From Octopus bimaculoides (taxonomy: Eukaryota): a DNA stretch of 64,000 nucleotides. The notes beneath the pieces are model-generated. The model worked only from the letters and a program-made list of their open reading frames with translations, did no database searches and was not told the DNA's origin. Shown here piece after piece: positions 61,950 to 64,000 of this stretch. The stretch covers positions 133,623,641-133,687,640 of the forward strand of contig NC_068981.1 of the NCBI RefSeq assembly GCF_001194135.2, read 5' to 3'. The stretch's first letter is position 1, and each line of letters begins with the position of its first letter. The translations under genes were made by a program, and so were the position numbers.

Positions 61950-62500
61950 GATAAGTGGATTAGTAAAACAAGTAAACAAGAAAAAACACTCGGTGACTTC
62001 ATACTGAATACACCATAAAAAATCCGACATGGAAAAATTATACGTACCACATATACCCCAAGGTAGGGGTCTATTTTAATTAGGAAATTATTAGTTAGAA
62101 ATACAAGAGCTAGACTGTGTAACATCCACACAGTCATGCACAAAGACTAACACACACAAACAACCCATACATTCACAAGAAAGAAGTCAAGAAAAAACAT
62201 TATAGACGAGTTACATAAATACATGAAACCGAGCTAAATGCCAAAAATAATAGATATTAAATTCTCAACTGGAAGCTAAGTGAATTAACAAAACTTGACA
62301 AGAAAACAAGAAAATGATGACTGCATTTCGAATATACTTTACATAATCCAGCACGGAAAGATTACATGTAACACAATTTTCTGGAGGCAGGAGTCTTTTT
62401 TTAACTAGAAAATTATTACATAATATCTACACTCAGACTACAAAAATAGCATGTAAAAAATATATGAGGAAACGAATGCAAGAAAAAAGAAGAACAAAAT
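61950..62500 (+). mobile_element. Very decayed R4/Dong-like fragment
   Basis: 'DMEKLYVP...GRGL' resembles D.DRLY.PR..GGRGL; the remainder is heavily mutated. Confidence 0.4.
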
Positions 62501-62987
62501 AGAGTTGTTTTCCGTCTTCAAATCAGCCAAAAATATAAAACGAAAGCAGCGGTCACAGTTCTGAGTAGGATAGAAGAAACAACAGCAGAAGTTACTTGAA
62601 AATATTTAAATTTCACTGAAAATCGGATTTTTAAATGTTATAGTGAGACACCAGAAAATACTTGGCAAGTATGAGCAAAGTCGAAGTGGATAAAAGGAAA
62701 ATATTCAGGGTTGATTAAGAGAGACGCAGGAGATTTGATTGTAATTCAAACTAAATTTTCACATTAGAAATTACCAAAACCATAAGATGAAGCAGATCAA
62801 AGATTAATCACTGAATATGTGACAGTTAGGTAGTAAGAGATCGAATAAAGAGAGCGTGTATATGTACAGACAGACAGATGAACGGGCATACATACATACA
62901 TACATACATACATACATACATACATACATACATACATACATACATACATGAAGGAGTACTCCGTCGNNNNNNNNNNATACATACATG

Positions 62988-63200
62988 AAGGAGTACTCCG
63001 TCGGTTACGACGACGAGGGTCCCAGCTGATACGATCAACGGAACAGCCTGCTCATGAAATTCACATGCAAGTGACTGAGCAATCCACAGACACGTGTAAC
63101 CCTAACGCAGTTCTCAGGGAGACTCAGCATGACACATAGCATGACAAGGCCGGCCCTTTGAAATACAGGTACTACTCATTTTTGCCAGCTGAGTGGACTG
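62988..63200 (-). mobile_element. 5'-truncated CORE + family-B-tail SINE
   Basis: Reverse complement starts 'cagtccactcagctggcaaaaatgagtagtacctgtatttcaaagggcc'. Confidence 0.9.
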
Positions 63201-63267
63201 AGTGGACATACATACATACACACATGTATACATACATACAGACAGACAGACAGACACACACACACAC

Positions 63268-63327
<60 letters not shown>

Positions 63328-63394
63328 TCATACTTACATTACAAACAGACAGACTAACTGACAGGCGTGCACGCACACACACATACAGGATATC

Positions 63395-63640
63395 ATGTAC
63401 AAATTATATATTGGGTGTCTCAATATGTTCTTGTAGGATCATTGTGTTACCAACATTATAACACCTGAGCAAGTGAGAGGAAAGTGGAAATCTGGGGCTG
63501 CATACATTAGCTATTAAGTAACAAAATGATCCAAGAGAAAAACAATACAAAATCGTAGGAAATTAAACATAGAGTGGCTGGGCTACCAGAAGGCTTTTGA
63601 TAGCACATCACATGGTGTATTGTAGGCTGTGCAAGACCAA
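63395..63640 (+). mobile_element. R4/Dong-like RT fragment
   Basis: LLSNKMIQE...NRRKLNIEWLGYQKAFDSTSHG resembles LLINK.I....NL...WIDY.KAFDSV.H. Confidence 0.6.
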
Positions 63641-63729
63641 GACTGAAGACATGAACCGTATCATTACCAACTGCAAGAGAATGTCTTCCAGATATTATCT
63701 TCCCATGTGGCATGATACGGTGGTAAAAA

Positions 63730-64000
63730 CAGTCTAGAACAAGAAAACAAAACAGGAAACACCTACAAACTAAATTAACTATATTGGGACCGATAGGTCA
63801 AGAGAATATATGAGGAAACTTAAAAATGAAAGCAGCCACCAAGTTAAAGCGGAGAGTTAAGTCAAAAGATGCCCAAATTAGAAAATAGGAGGGAAGAAAC
63901 AACTAATATAAGCAAACTTGCCTATTTCAATCAAATCAGAAACGCCCGTTTGATATTCTTGATGGAAAAGATGGAAATAATAACAAAAGTCCGAATACTG
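63730..64000 (+). mobile_element. R4/Dong-like fragment from upstream of the RT
   Basis: LKRRVKSKDAQIRK*EGRNN*YKQTCLFQSNQKR resembles LKQ....K...IRRY..R...YRQN.LF..NQK.FY. Confidence 0.45.

Noticed and set aside
62941-63003. Direct repeat 'tacatacatgaaggagtactccgtcg' on both sides of a 10-N gap
   Set aside because: Typical unmerged contig overlap; assembly artefact.

Overview
Repeat-rich, gappy animal genomic DNA: 16 N-gaps, almost all bordered by AT/GT/GATA/CATA/GAA microsatellites. The SINE and transposon inventory plus TTAGGG repeats suggest a cephalopod (octopus-like) draft assembly; this is inference, not a database match. I find no convincing host gene, and nearly all ORF-track entries are microsatellite, gap or antisense-to-TE artefacts. 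The window holds about 28 tRNA-headed SINE copies in at least three families (one carrying a MIR-like CORE domain); decayed RTE, R4/Dong, Penelope-like and Gypsy retroelement fragments; Tc1/mariner pieces (DD34E-like, DD37D maT, DD41D rosa-like); several MITEs; and two copies of a Helentron-associated (DINE-1/HINE-like) element. Best leads: (1) a ~1.85 kb TSD-flanked element encoding only an RRM + zinc-knuckle ORF1, with no reverse transcriptase, plus a divergent paralogue, each nested inside a copy of the same HINE-like element; (2) minimal type-I hammerhead ribozyme motifs with palindromic stem III, including a U3-A8 covariant, set in inverted repeats; (3) an RTE copy with twin-priming-like 5' inversion geometry; (4) a 243-bp copy of nearby flanking DNA inserted into a mariner; (5) three Dong-like insertions stacked in an (AAT/AAC)n tract. 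All alignments and folds were done by eye.
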